From Cryomorphaceae bacterium (GTDB taxonomy: Bacteria > Bacteroidota > Bacteroidia > Flavobacteriales_D > SKUL01), in the NCBI GenBank assembly GCA_007695365.1, contig REDV01000092.1:114708-178707 (forward strand): a stretch of DNA of 64,000 nucleotides, written 5' to 3'. A model generated the notes under the pieces. That model was given only the letters and a program-made list of their open reading frames with translations, was not told the origin of the DNA and made no database searches. Below, one piece after another: positions 35,009 through 44,337 of this stretch (position 1 is the stretch's first letter; each line of letters opens with the position of its first letter). Position numbers and translations under genes: made by a program.

Positions 35009-35034
35009 AGACGGCAGTAGCCGTCTTTTTTTTT
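35009..35034 (+). terminator. Intrinsic terminator downstream of the small ORF
   Basis: AGACGGC-agta-GCCGTCT followed by TTTTTTTT. Confidence 0.65.
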
Positions 35035-35393
35035 GAGGACACCATACTTTTCTTGTAGGTTCAATGTAAGCACCGGGCTTGCGGCAATGGCTATATTTAG
35101 AGGGTGATACGGCCCAGTCTCCCCTGATAAGCTGTCAGGTCTTCGCGCAGATCAAATTGCGCCCTGTGTATCTATTGGAATGCCCGATGAAACAACTTTT
35201 CTTTCAAAACGCTTGAAGGAACCTCAAAAGACCTTAATATTGTGGTGTATTGTGGTACGGCTGAACCGGATGAATACCTTACCCTGTGTTCACGGATGAA
35301 TTTTGATTTCCGAAATTACCTTGAGTCGGTCTGCAGTAGGGGTTTTACGCGAGTACGACCTGCAATTGAGATGTTCAAACGCAATATCGAGCC

Positions 35394-35999
35394 ATGATTG
35401 ACGAAGAAGACCTTCTGATCATCTTTGCCCGGAACCCTGTTCCCGGAAAGGTTAAGACGAGATTGGCCCAAGCCATTGGAGATGATCTAGCCTTAAAAGT
35501 TTACCTGCGATTGTTGGAGCATAGTCACAAAGTTGCAGATGAGCTGGACTGCACCACACGCGTGTGCTATACCGATAGCATCGATGATTTTGGTTTGCTG
35601 GACTATTTTAAGTTCGAAAAGCAATTACAGGAGGGCGCAGACCTTGGCGACAGAATGCTCAACGCTTTCAACACGGCCTTTGAGGATGGTTTTCGAAGGG
35701 TGGTGCTGATTGGGTCGGACTGTATCGAGCTAACATCGGGTATTCTGCGCGATGCTTTTGAAAGCCTTATTGAACACGATTGTGTGTTGGGTCCTGCAAC
35801 CGACGGCGGCTACTACCTGATTGGCCTCAATACCACACTTACTGCCTTGTTTGAAAACAAAAAATGGAGTACCCCCGACGTGCTGCTCGATACCTTGCTT
35901 GATCTTCAAAAGGCCGACAAGAGCTACTTTATGCTGCCAACTCTCAGTGATATAGACACCCCTGAGGATTTCGAAAAGGTACAGCGGCTTTTTGCTTAA
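35394..35999 (+). CDS. DUF2064 / TIGR04282-type nucleotidyl- or glycosyltransferase-like protein
   Basis: LIIFARNPVPGKVKTRLA...VLIGSDCIEL...LGPATDGGYYLIGL is the family pattern. Confidence 0.7.
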   Translation: MIDEEDLLIIFARNPVPGKVKTRLAQAIGDDLALKVYLRLLEHSHKVADELDCTTRVCYTDSIDDFGLLDYFKFEKQLQEGADLGDRMLNAFNTAFEDGFRRVVLIGSDCIELTSGILRDAFESLIEHDCVLGPATDGGYYLIGLNTTLTALFENKKWSTPDVLLDTLLDLQKADKSYFMLPTLSDIDTPEDFEKVQRLFA

Positions 36000-36838
36000 T
36001 TGCCGCCAAGGATAATGGGGAGGCCGTCCTTTCCGCTGCCGATTACCACCACTTTGGCGTTGTTAGACTGAGACAAGGCTTCGGTTGCTTCAATACCCTT
36101 CCAGCGCAACAAGTCCTGCGTTATACTTTGGGCCACGATCTTCTGGAAATCCTGGATTCCTTCTGCCTCAATCTTTTTACGCGCGGCCTCTTTTTGTGCC
36201 TTTTCGATACGGAATTCGTACTCAAGCGATTCTTGCTCCTGTTGAAGCTTGCGCTCTATGGAAGCGCGCAGCTTCTCCGGAAGTTCTATGTTTCGAATCA
36301 GCACGTCATTCAACTGAAGGAAGTTGCGGTTGAGTCGTTTTCGCATTTCTTCTTCAACCTGCAGCTGAATTTCCTCCCTGCGCGTGGTGTTAATCTCTTC
36401 CGGAAGGTATTGTGCAATGGTCTCGCGGGTTACTGCACGCATGGCCGGGATCACAACACGGTCTACATATTTACTTCCCCGTCGCACCTCTAAACTTCCT
36501 AGCTGTTCTACAATCGGCTCGTGAAAGATTGTAACGTCAAGTTTAATGTCCAGCAGATTGGAAGATAATGCGGTCATCGACACCGTTGTTTCTTGCTGGC
36601 GTATTTCGTAATCCACTACGCTGTTCCATGGAGCTATCAGATGGAAACCCTGCCCCAAAGGAGCATCCTCCTCCGAAATACCACCTCCAAAAGTTTTATA
36701 AATCAATCCTGCATGACCTGCGGGAATAGTTACAGTGATGCGAGACCATGATATGATCAACAAAACCAAAACGACACCGAATATAATAAACGGACGAACT
36801 TTGCTGATATCTACGGGTTGAGGGTTGTAATTAGACAT
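35996..36838 (-). CDS. SPFH/band 7 (prohibitin/HflC-like) membrane protein
   Basis: N-terminal TM helix followed by an SPFH core (VTIPAGHAGLIYKTFGGG...FHLIAPWNSV...) and a coiled-coil tail. Confidence 0.85.
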   Translation of the reverse strand: MSNYNPQPVDISKVRPFIIFGVVLVLLIISWSRITVTIPAGHAGLIYKTFGGGISEEDAPLGQGFHLIAPWNSVVDYEIRQQETTVSMTALSSNLLDIKLDVTIFHEPIVEQLGSLEVRRGSKYVDRVVIPAMRAVTRETIAQYLPEEINTTRREEIQLQVEEEMRKRLNRNFLQLNDVLIRNIELPEKLRASIERKLQQEQESLEYEFRIEKAQKEAARKKIEAEGIQDFQKIVAQSITQDLLRWKGIEATEALSQSNNAKVVVIGSGKDGLPIILGGN

Positions 36839-36864
36839 ACGAATATGATTTAAGACGTTGCAGA

Positions 36865-36872
36865 CAAAGGTA
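36865..36872 (-). promoter_or_regulatory. Candidate -7 box (TACCTTTG)
   Basis: The minus strand matches TAnnTTTG, 27 nt upstream of the ATG at 36838. Confidence 0.4.
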
Positions 36873-36908
36873 ACATTTTAGAGTGGGCTTGGTTTTTGGG
36901 CTGGACCA

Positions 36909-38993
36909 CTAATAGGCCCCACCTCGCTTGCGAATAAACCATTCAATCGCCAGTAACGCGAGCAAGCAAAAGAAAATCCATCGCAGGTTGATCAAATCGG
37001 CCAGCTCCTTTCTGTCGTAGATGACCGAAGCAATTTCACCGCTTTCGGCAAGCATTTCCGGTAGTTGTTGCAGATTATCAGGGTAGAGCATTGCGCCGGA
37101 GGTGGTCTGCGACAACTGGTACAACAACTGGTGGTTGGCCCGGGTTTGCATGGCTTCTACGTTCACCGGAACCACGCTAAACGCACCTTCAGCGGTGTGT
37201 CTTTCGGCTGTAGTAATAGAAGTTGCTATGTAGCGATAATTACCTGCCGGCAGCAAACCCGCTTGAAGCCTGTATGCGTTTCCGGCTCTCGAAAAGCTGA
37301 ATTCATAGGTACGGCCTTCTTCATCGGTTATCTCCATGATCACTTCCGGATCAGTCACCAGTTCATAACTCTTGTTGTAGCTCTCAGCGCGAAAAACAAC
37401 GGGTTCATTCTCGCGAAACGTTCTTGCCCCCGAAATGCGTAAAAAAGCTTTACTTTCTCTTGCCGAGAGGTACTGTGCCGTTTTTTGCACCAAACTGTTG
37501 AATACGTCATGACTGCGAAAGTCAGCGTAACTCATAGTCCGCCAGCGCCAAAGCCCTTCGCCTACCAGCACTGCGGCTTTTTGATCATTTACTTCAGTGA
37601 AAGCGAACAGCGGATACTCGGTTTTTACAGCTCCTACGCGCTGGTACATTAACACCTGTGCCTGCGTAGTAAGCTGGTAATCGCCAAATGGAGCGCTGAG
37701 TGGGGGCAATTTACCAAAGTGGTGGCCTGTTTCCGCTTCGATGCTGAAAAGAGAAAAGGTACTGTTAAAAGCACTCCCAACGGCATTACTTGTAGCCCGC
37801 GGATTGCTGATTCTCACTCCCGCATTGAAATTGTTGAATGCCTGGAGGTCGCTTTGACCGGTAAGGATAAACCATGTCGGGATATTTTTATCGCGTATCG
37901 CGTTCAGGTAAGTGCCAATTGGGAACTGTCGTGAAGGAAGCCCATGAAGAACAACCAGATTGTATTCTTCCAGAACGGGCATCACCTCACCGGCCAGAAT
38001 CACCTCTACTTCGTAGTTTTCGTGTGTCTCAAGGGCCAGTCTTATAGCGCGGATATCAGGGTGGGGTGCATTGGCAACCACCAGGATTTTTTGCTTGCTG
38101 TCAAGAATTTCGAGATAAAACTCACGGGTGTTGTTCAGGGTGGTGAATTCACCGCTTAAGGGTTTTACACTTGCGGTAAAGCGCTGAATGCCTACCGGCT
38201 CGGCGGGAAGCAAAAACTTCACGGCCTGTTGGCTCACCTCGCCCTGAAAGCGCACCTGTTGGCGAGCCAATTCTTGTCCGTTTTTAAGGATGCTCACCTC
38301 AGTGGCTTCGCCATCGTATCCACGTGCCTCCACAATCATTTCAACCGGAAAATCGTTTCCAAGGTATGCGAGTTGGTTGTGCGAGAGGTCGCGAATCAAA
38401 ACGTCTTTTCTCGCTGTGGTATCACCTAAAGCAATGGTATAGATAGGCGCGCCAAGCAGGTGACTCCGGTGAATGGGATTCATTCCCCTGTTGTACAATC
38501 CGTCGGAAGCAAGAATGACTGCTCCGAGATTTCGGTTGCTATATCGCTGGTAGATTTCATTCAGAAAACCCGCAATATCGGTCTCGCGGTCTTTAAAATC
38601 AAAGGTGGGATTTTCCTGAATTTTATCTCCGAAACCATAGGTCCTCACCTCGAATTTTTGCCCAAGTCTGCTCGCAAGCTCAGGTAACCCCTCAGCAGCC
38701 AACATCCTTACATTGGATGAGTCGGCCGAGAGAACCATCGATGCGCTGTTGTCCAATGCAACCACCACTACAGGTGCTTCCACATCCTGCGACATCATTT
38801 TGAGCATGGGCTCCAGGAGAAAAAAAGCCAGAATGGTCACTACAACAAAGCGAAGACCGGCCAGTATTTTGATGATGGCTGGATGAAAATCCTTCAGGTT
38901 GCGATCGCGAAAATACAAAAGCGCAGCAGCGCCTATGCCCGCTAACACACAGAGCAGAAGGTACCATAAGGGGTATGTGGTGATGATTTCCAA
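36909..38993 (-). CDS. Large membrane protein with BatA-type N-terminal double-TM anchor and C-terminal TM (hypothetical)
   Basis: 694-aa ORF with a TTG start. Has N-terminal PLWYLLLCVLAGIGAAALLYFRDR and a second TM helix, a vWA-like VVVALDNSASM segment and a C-terminal TM helix. Confidence 0.55.
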   Translation of the reverse strand: MEIITTYPLWYLLLCVLAGIGAAALLYFRDRNLKDFHPAIIKILAGLRFVVVTILAFFLLEPMLKMMSQDVEAPVVVVALDNSASMVLSADSSNVRMLAAEGLPELASRLGQKFEVRTYGFGDKIQENPTFDFKDRETDIAGFLNEIYQRYSNRNLGAVILASDGLYNRGMNPIHRSHLLGAPIYTIALGDTTARKDVLIRDLSHNQLAYLGNDFPVEMIVEARGYDGEATEVSILKNGQELARQQVRFQGEVSQQAVKFLLPAEPVGIQRFTASVKPLSGEFTTLNNTREFYLEILDSKQKILVVANAPHPDIRAIRLALETHENYEVEVILAGEVMPVLEEYNLVVLHGLPSRQFPIGTYLNAIRDKNIPTWFILTGQSDLQAFNNFNAGVRISNPRATSNAVGSAFNSTFSLFSIEAETGHHFGKLPPLSAPFGDYQLTTQAQVLMYQRVGAVKTEYPLFAFTEVNDQKAAVLVGEGLWRWRTMSYADFRSHDVFNSLVQKTAQYLSARESKAFLRISGARTFRENEPVVFRAESYNKSYELVTDPEVIMEITDEEGRTYEFSFSRAGNAYRLQAGLLPAGNYRYIATSITTAERHTAEGAFSVVPVNVEAMQTRANHQLLYQLSQTTSGAMLYPDNLQQLPEMLAESGEIASVIYDRKELADLINLRWIFFCLLALLAIEWFIRKRGGAY

Positions 38994-39010
38994 GGTGGGC
39001 GTGATGCTCC

Positions 39011-39757
39011 TTAGGTAAGCATGCCTCCGTCAACATTGATTGTTTGCCCCGTGATGTATGCACTCCAGTCGGATGCCAGAAAAACGCACAAGTTGGCCAC
39101 ATCTTCGGGGGTTCCTCCGCGTTTTAATGGAATAGCCTCACGCCATTGTGCCACCACGTCAGCGTCGAGGGCGTCAGTCATCTCGGTTTCAATAAAACCG
39201 GGTGCAATAGCGTTACAGCGCACGTTTCGCGAACCAACCTCAAGTGCTACCGACTTGGTAAAGCCCAGAATACCTGCTTTGGAAGCGGCGTAATTTGCCT
39301 GCCCGGCATTTCCTTTTACACCTACTACTGAACTCATGTTGATGATGGAGCCGCTTCTGGCTTTCAACATGGTTCGCATCACAGCTTTGGTGAGGTTGAA
39401 CACTGACTTCAGGTTGGTTTGGATTACTTCATCCCATTGTTCCTCCGTCATTCGCATCAACAAACCATCTCTTGTTATGCCGGCGTTGTTGATGAGTACG
39501 TCAACGGTACCAAATTCTTTGACAACTTCTGAAATCAGAGCGTCGGAAGCGGCATAATCTGCTGCGTCGGATTGATAGGCCACGGCTTTAACACCATTTT
39601 TCTGAAGTGATTCGGCAAGCTCATTGGCTTTTGTAGCGGACGATGCATAGGTAAAGGCAATATGTGCTCCCTGAGCGGCGCATTGTTCAGCTATGGATCT
39701 TCCGATTCCGCGACTGGCACCGGTAATCAGCACCACTTTTCCATCGAGTAATTTCAT
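39011..39757 (-). CDS. fabG: 3-oxoacyl-[ACP] reductase
   Basis: TGASRGIGRSIA, NNAG and YAASKAG (SDR catalytic Y-x3-K). The 248-aa length and overall sequence are typical of FabG. Confidence 0.9.
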   Translation of the reverse strand: MKLLDGKVVLITGASRGIGRSIAEQCAAQGAHIAFTYASSATKANELAESLQKNGVKAVAYQSDAADYAASDALISEVVKEFGTVDVLINNAGITRDGLLMRMTEEQWDEVIQTNLKSVFNLTKAVMRTMLKARSGSIINMSSVVGVKGNAGQANYAASKAGILGFTKSVALEVGSRNVRCNAIAPGFIETEMTDALDADVVAQWREAIPLKRGGTPEDVANLCVFLASDWSAYITGQTINVDGGMLT

Positions 39758-39786
39758 GTGTTATTGGACTTGTTTGATGTAAGGCT

Positions 39787-39794
39787 CAAAGATA
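39787..39794 (-). promoter_or_regulatory. Candidate -7 box (TATCTTTG) for fabG
   Basis: The minus strand matches TAnnTTTG, 30 nt upstream of the ATG at 39757. Confidence 0.4.
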
Positions 39795-39820
39795 AGAGAA
39801 GCCCCGGTTTTATCCGGGGC
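39795..39820 (-). terminator. Intrinsic terminator after the ytxH-type operon
   Basis: The minus strand reads GCCCCGG-ataaaa-CCGGGGC followed by a T-rich tract. Confidence 0.5.
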
Positions 39821-39890
39821 TAAGTTTGTACTTCTGAAAAATGAATCTTGCCGAAAAAGCGACTTGTCACAGCTTTCCGAAACCGACTTG

Positions 39891-40238
39891 TTACAGCCAG
39901 CGTTTGATGAGGCGCTCAGTAAATCGCGTTACGGGCGCTGAGGCTAGTCTGAGAATCATCCGCAGCACGGGATTTTCTACTTTACCAATCAACCAATCGT
40001 TCATGATTGAGCCTACGGCAGAGGTTGCCGACATTCGGATTTTCTCTCCGAGTTCACGGTCTTCAAGCACATCGCCAATGATTTGCTTGATGAGGTTTGC
40101 CGGGCGCAAGCTGGCCACAATGTCATCTGAGGATTGCTTGAGTGAAATCAACTGCATTTCTTGCCGCTGTTCAAGCAGGGCAATGCTCTGGTTGAGTTCC
40201 TCCATCGTTCGTGGTTTTGTTTCCATGCCGGGGTTCAT
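39891..40238 (-). CDS. Hypothetical protein (115 aa)
   Basis: Its ATG overlaps the upstream stop by 1 nt (TGATG). It is the third gene of the YtxH operon. Confidence 0.5.
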   Translation of the reverse strand: MNPGMETKPRTMEELNQSIALLEQRQEMQLISLKQSSDDIVASLRPANLIKQIIGDVLEDRELGEKIRMSATSAVGSIMNDWLIGKVENPVLRMILRLASAPVTRFTERLIKRWL

Positions 40239-40579
40239 CAGTCAAGCAGGTTTTTGATTACAGTGTTCGCAATGGGGAGCTCCAGTAATTGAACCCTGAA
40301 TATGCGCAAGATGATCACAACTAGCAGATAGATGCCGGCCACAACAAGGAAACCCAGATAGGCTGCTCCAAGAAGATGCCCCAACCACAGCGCCAAAGCA
40401 ATGCTCAGGTTGGTAAGAAACAATGTTATTGCCACACCGATAATTAAGTGCGATACGGCCTTACCTGATGTTTTGGCAGTAGCGCGTACCGATTTTAGCC
40501 GCGCAATCTCTACCGTCGTTTTCACATACGCCTCGGTATGCGAAACGAGTTCTTCAAAATGCTGCTGGGTGTCCTTCAT
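40238..40579 (-). CDS. Small two-TM membrane protein (holin-X/DUF1469-like)
   Basis: 113-aa protein with two long TM helices after a charged N-terminal helix. It is tightly coupled to the YtxH gene. Confidence 0.5.
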   Translation of the reverse strand: MKDTQQHFEELVSHTEAYVKTTVEIARLKSVRATAKTSGKAVSHLIIGVAITLFLTNLSIALALWLGHLLGAAYLGFLVVAGIYLLVVIILRIFRVQLLELPIANTVIKNLLD

Positions 40580-40580
40580 T

Positions 40581-40859
40581 TTAGTTGGCCGCGGCCTTTG
40601 CGTTCTTCTTCAGATTTTCAACCGTCTCCTTCGCTTCCTGCGCAACACCAGAGGCTTCTTCTTTTACCTCTTCGAATTTTTCCTTTACGTCATCCATGAA
40701 CTCGTTCATGCTGTCTTTCAGGTCTTCGGCGTAGCGCTTTCCTTCCTTTCGAAGCTTTTTTCTTGTTTTCTCGCCCTTTTCGGGCGCGTACAAAATACCC
40801 ACAAGTGTACCCACGGCTGCACCTGCGAGAAATCCTACCAAAATCTTTCCACTACTCAT
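40581..40859 (-). CDS. YtxH domain-containing protein
   Basis: GFLAGAAVGTLVGILYAPEKGEKTRKKLRK is the YtxH signature. Confidence 0.75.
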   Translation of the reverse strand: MSSGKILVGFLAGAAVGTLVGILYAPEKGEKTRKKLRKEGKRYAEDLKDSMNEFMDDVKEKFEEVKEEASGVAQEAKETVENLKKNAKAAAN

Positions 40860-41102
40860 GATTAAAGGTTTTTAAGGGTTAAACTTATTTGAACTTATCA
40901 TTCCGACACACATTCGGTACGTATTTCTATTGAATCGGTCGGAACGAGTAAAATATACAGTTTTTTCCCTGAACTACAAAATTACTCATAGTGCATTGAA
41001 CTCGCGTTTTTTGTGCTAAAACATGAGCAAACGCGCAGAAATCAAGTCTTGAAGCCGCTAGGTTTGTTGTAACTTTAGGGCTGATTTTTAACATTATTTG
41101 TT

Positions 41103-41405
41103 GTGGATTCATCACTTTTTCAACCCAATGCGCGCGACAGATTTCGGCTTGTTGGTATCCTTGAGGGCATCAGTTTTCTCTTGCTTTTGCTCATAGCGAT
41201 GCCGCTAAAATACTTCATGAGCATGCCTCTGGCAGTTACCTATGTGGGGTGGGCACACGGCGTGTTGTTTGTAGCCTACATGTTGTTTTTAGCGAAGGCG
41301 TGGTGGATGTACAAATGGTCATTTACTAAGATTTTTTTAGCGGTGGGTGCGGCATTCTTTCCGGGAGGTCCTTTTATGTTGGACTCAAAAATTAAGCAAT
41401 GGTAG
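41103..41405 (+). CDS. DUF3817-type integral membrane protein
   Basis: FRLVGILEGISFLLLLLIAMPLKY...GWAHGVLFVAYM pattern. The start is a GTG. Confidence 0.65.
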   Translation: MDSSLFQPNARDRFRLVGILEGISFLLLLLIAMPLKYFMSMPLAVTYVGWAHGVLFVAYMLFLAKAWWMYKWSFTKIFLAVGAAFFPGGPFMLDSKIKQW

Positions 41406-41441
41406 CGGTGGTGGAGTGCAATCCAAATCAATCAAACTGGT

Positions 41442-42572
41442 ATGAAGATAAAATGGTTTAACTGGGCGTGGATAGTGGCAATGCTTTGCTCCTCGCATTT
41501 GCTTGTTGCACAATTGGAAGTAGAGTCATTTCGAAAAGCGGGGATGGCAGATCATGAAGTGATTCAGGCGGCATTGGATGCATTGGAAGCGCAGGGCAGG
41601 GGTAAGTTATCTTTTGACGGCAGTCGCACCTACAGGATTGCAAAATCACTGGAGTTACCGAGAAAGAGTCGGGCCGGGCATTTTGTGCTGGAAGGTAACG
41701 GGACTTTGTTGCGGGCTGATTTGGATACCATAAACATCTTTAATCGAATACCACGAAATCAAAGAGAGGCGCTCAACGAGATGATGAGCACGCGTTTCGT
41801 TATACAGGATTTCGTTTTTCAGGATGGCGCCAAGGCCATCAATCTTGGAGCAACTTTCGGAAGCGCCATTTTGCGCTGCCATTTCCGCAATCATCGCGAA
41901 GCCGCTGTGGATATTCAGTTTGGGCTTCAAACACGTATTGAGCACTGTTTGTCAACCAATTGCTCCAAAGATAATTTTGTGCTGCGCCACGGTGAAGATT
42001 GGGGTGGTAACCAGAACAATTCGCAGAGCAACCACAGCGTGATAGAAAGCTGCAGAGTGTTTGCCCGAAAAGATGGCGAAACCTCTTTCAAGGTATTGGC
42101 TTCAGGCGGAATAGTATTGAGCAATATTATCAGTGAAGGCCACGGTCAGGTTCAGTATGCGGTGTATGCAGACCGGCTAAACAGCACAACAGTTCGGTAT
42201 TTCAAGATTAACAATTTTCACCTGGAACACGCCCCGCTTAAAGCTGGGATCTACGTGCGCATGAGTGGAAATTCTGAAATCAATGGCATCTATTATCAAA
42301 TTGCCCGCGATGAGGTGCCGCTTATCTTGGCCGGACGACAGAGCGGACTCATGCACGTTTCCAACATTCCGCATTTTGTGAGAGGCTCTGTAATGCAGCA
42401 AGAACAGTCTGGCGGCGGTGCTGTGTGGGTGCTGACCCATTGTCATCGTGCTTTTTATCAAGCCTCTAATTGGAGGGTAAGAAATTTGGAAGGCGAGCTG
42501 GTGAAGGAGTTGCCCTATTATTTTTCCGGACAGGAAGGTGGTCACGGTATTCGACGTTGGCACGGCAGATAG
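41442..42572 (+). CDS. Secreted hypothetical protein, possibly parallel beta-helix fold
   Basis: Signal peptide MKIKWFNWAWIVAMLCSSHLLVAQ. The fold assignment is only a guess from the repetitive short-strand pattern. Confidence 0.5.
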   Translation: MKIKWFNWAWIVAMLCSSHLLVAQLEVESFRKAGMADHEVIQAALDALEAQGRGKLSFDGSRTYRIAKSLELPRKSRAGHFVLEGNGTLLRADLDTINIFNRIPRNQREALNEMMSTRFVIQDFVFQDGAKAINLGATFGSAILRCHFRNHREAAVDIQFGLQTRIEHCLSTNCSKDNFVLRHGEDWGGNQNNSQSNHSVIESCRVFARKDGETSFKVLASGGIVLSNIISEGHGQVQYAVYADRLNSTTVRYFKINNFHLEHAPLKAGIYVRMSGNSEINGIYYQIARDEVPLILAGRQSGLMHVSNIPHFVRGSVMQQEQSGGGAVWVLTHCHRAFYQASNWRVRNLEGELVKELPYYFSGQEGGHGIRRWHGR

Positions 42573-42604
42573 ACTGAAGGCTTTAGAACTGGGCTCAAAA
42601 AAAG

Positions 42605-42632
42605 GAGGGCTGCTCTCGCTTGAGCAGCCCTC
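42605..42632. terminator. Stem-loop between convergent genes
   Basis: An 11-bp stem, GAGGGCTGCTC-tcgctt-GAGCAGCCCTC, preceded by an A-run. A second small hairpin plus TTTTT follows at about 42638-42656. Confidence 0.55.
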
Positions 42633-42730
42633 ACTCCAAGGTTCAACCTTTTTTAACCAATCTATTAACCAAACAGATGGGCTTGTTTACGGCCAAAGGG
42701 ATGATTGGGTTACATCGCAGATGAAAAAAA

Positions 42731-44188
42731 TCAGACTTTTGTAACTGATTTTTCTTCAATCATCTTAGCTTCAGTTAGATAATTCCTGAAAAACCTGTCA
42801 ATATCCGATTTCTCCAGGTCGGGATTGAGCAAAATCAGGCGAATAGACAGCCCATTTGGTAAGTGGCAGTAGTTTACCATACTCTTACCGCTTTCAACCA
42901 GACTTTGGCGAATTTTGTGGTTAAACTTGTCTGCTTCATCTCCGGATGCAGGCACATACCTAAAGTTCACATTCAAGGTTTGCGTAGGGCACATAAGTTC
43001 CAATCGTGGGTGCTGCTCAATAACGGATGTGGCGTACTGTGCCAGTGCAAAAAGGTGGTTGATGCGGGCCACATAACCTTCGTCGCCAAAGTATTTCCAT
43101 GCCAGCCATAGTTTAAGTGAGTCAACACGTTTTCCACATTGAAGTGATTTGGGGCCGAGGTCGTATTGGCTGCTGTCGTCGTTGTGATAAATGTAAGAGG
43201 TATCGTCGGAGCTGAGGGCTTCTCGCAGTACGCTTGCATCTTTCACCAACAACACCGAACAAATCAATGGTATATTCATCAATTTGTGGGGGTTCCAGGA
43301 GAATGAGTCGCATTGCTCGATGCCGTTAAAGAGGTGCCGCCAATTGGGACTCATGATGGCCGAACCACCCCATGACCCATCGGCGTGCAGCCACATATTG
43401 TAGCGGCGTGCAACGGGAACCAATTCTGCCAGATTATCAAAAGCACCCATTTCCGTGGTTCCACAGGTAGCTCCAATAAAAAAGGGCACTTCACCGCGAT
43501 TCAAGCTTGCTTCAATGGCTTCGGTAAGGGCGCGCGAACATATTTTTCCGTGGTTATCTACGGCCACCTTTTTCAGGTTCTGCGTACCCAGCCCAATGGC
43601 ATTGGCTGCTTTGGTAAACGAAAAGTGCGATCGCTCTGAAACAAAGGCGGTAAGTGTAGGCAAATGGGCCATTCCTTTTTCTTTGCCCTCTGGAAAGAGA
43701 TGATTTCGGGCGGTAATCATAGCCACCAGATTGGTGTTGCTTCCGCCGGTGAGGAAAGTTCCATCTCCGTGGGTGAACCTTGTAAAAGAGTTCATCTTTC
43801 GAACAATCTCCATTTCCATAAGTGTCGCCACAGGTGCTACTTCGTAGGTGTACATGGAGGTGTTGGAGAGCGATGTGATAAACTCACCCAGTAAAGCCGG
43901 CAGGTTCAATCCGCCAAACAACTGGTTGAGATATTGCTTACTGCCGGTTTTTACGCTGAGATGCAAGTACTGGCGGATAAAATCCAGCAGCGCATTGTAA
44001 GGTGTGCCGTTTGCCCGTAACTCAAAGTCGAAGCGGCTTTTCAGAGCTTCAGGCAGCATAAACTCATTGACCTTTTGCGCCGGATTATTCAGCGAATCAA
44101 TATACTCCTGTATGATGTCGAATGTTTCGGCAAGTACCTTTCGGTGGTCTTCCATATCTTCCGCTAAAAAGGTGTCCAAAGGTAGCAA
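42731..44188 (-). CDS. Pyridoxal phosphate-dependent group II amino-acid decarboxylase
   Basis: SWNPHKLMNIPL (PLP-lysine motif N-P-H-K) and HADGSWGG. At 485 aa it is typical of the GAD/PanP/DABA decarboxylase group. The substrate cannot be assigned. Confidence 0.85.
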   Translation of the reverse strand: MLPLDTFLAEDMEDHRKVLAETFDIIQEYIDSLNNPAQKVNEFMLPEALKSRFDFELRANGTPYNALLDFIRQYLHLSVKTGSKQYLNQLFGGLNLPALLGEFITSLSNTSMYTYEVAPVATLMEMEIVRKMNSFTRFTHGDGTFLTGGSNTNLVAMITARNHLFPEGKEKGMAHLPTLTAFVSERSHFSFTKAANAIGLGTQNLKKVAVDNHGKICSRALTEAIEASLNRGEVPFFIGATCGTTEMGAFDNLAELVPVARRYNMWLHADGSWGGSAIMSPNWRHLFNGIEQCDSFSWNPHKLMNIPLICSVLLVKDASVLREALSSDDTSYIYHNDDSSQYDLGPKSLQCGKRVDSLKLWLAWKYFGDEGYVARINHLFALAQYATSVIEQHPRLELMCPTQTLNVNFRYVPASGDEADKFNHKIRQSLVESGKSMVNYCHLPNGLSIRLILLNPDLEKSDIDRFFRNYLTEAKMIEEKSVTKV

Positions 44189-44277
44189 ATATGCATGTGA
44201 ACAACTGTTTTGTTGTTTTGTGCGAATGACCTGTATTTTTTTGGTTTGTCACTCGCAACAATGTGAGCCTTGCACAC

Positions 44278-44306
44278 AGAAAAGCCCGGAACTTTCGTTA
44301 CCGGGC
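44278..44306 (-). terminator. Intrinsic terminator after gap
   Basis: The minus strand reads GCCCGG-taacgaaagtt-CCGGGC followed by TTTTC. Confidence 0.45.
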
Positions 44307-44337
44307 CCTTCGTTTACACGAACTTTAACTTCAAGGA

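Noticed and set aside
40860-41102. The 62-aa minus-strand ORF 40927..41115 and tiny plus-strand ORFs in this spacer.
   Set aside because: They have no supporting signals. The ORF overlaps the start of the DUF3817 gene.
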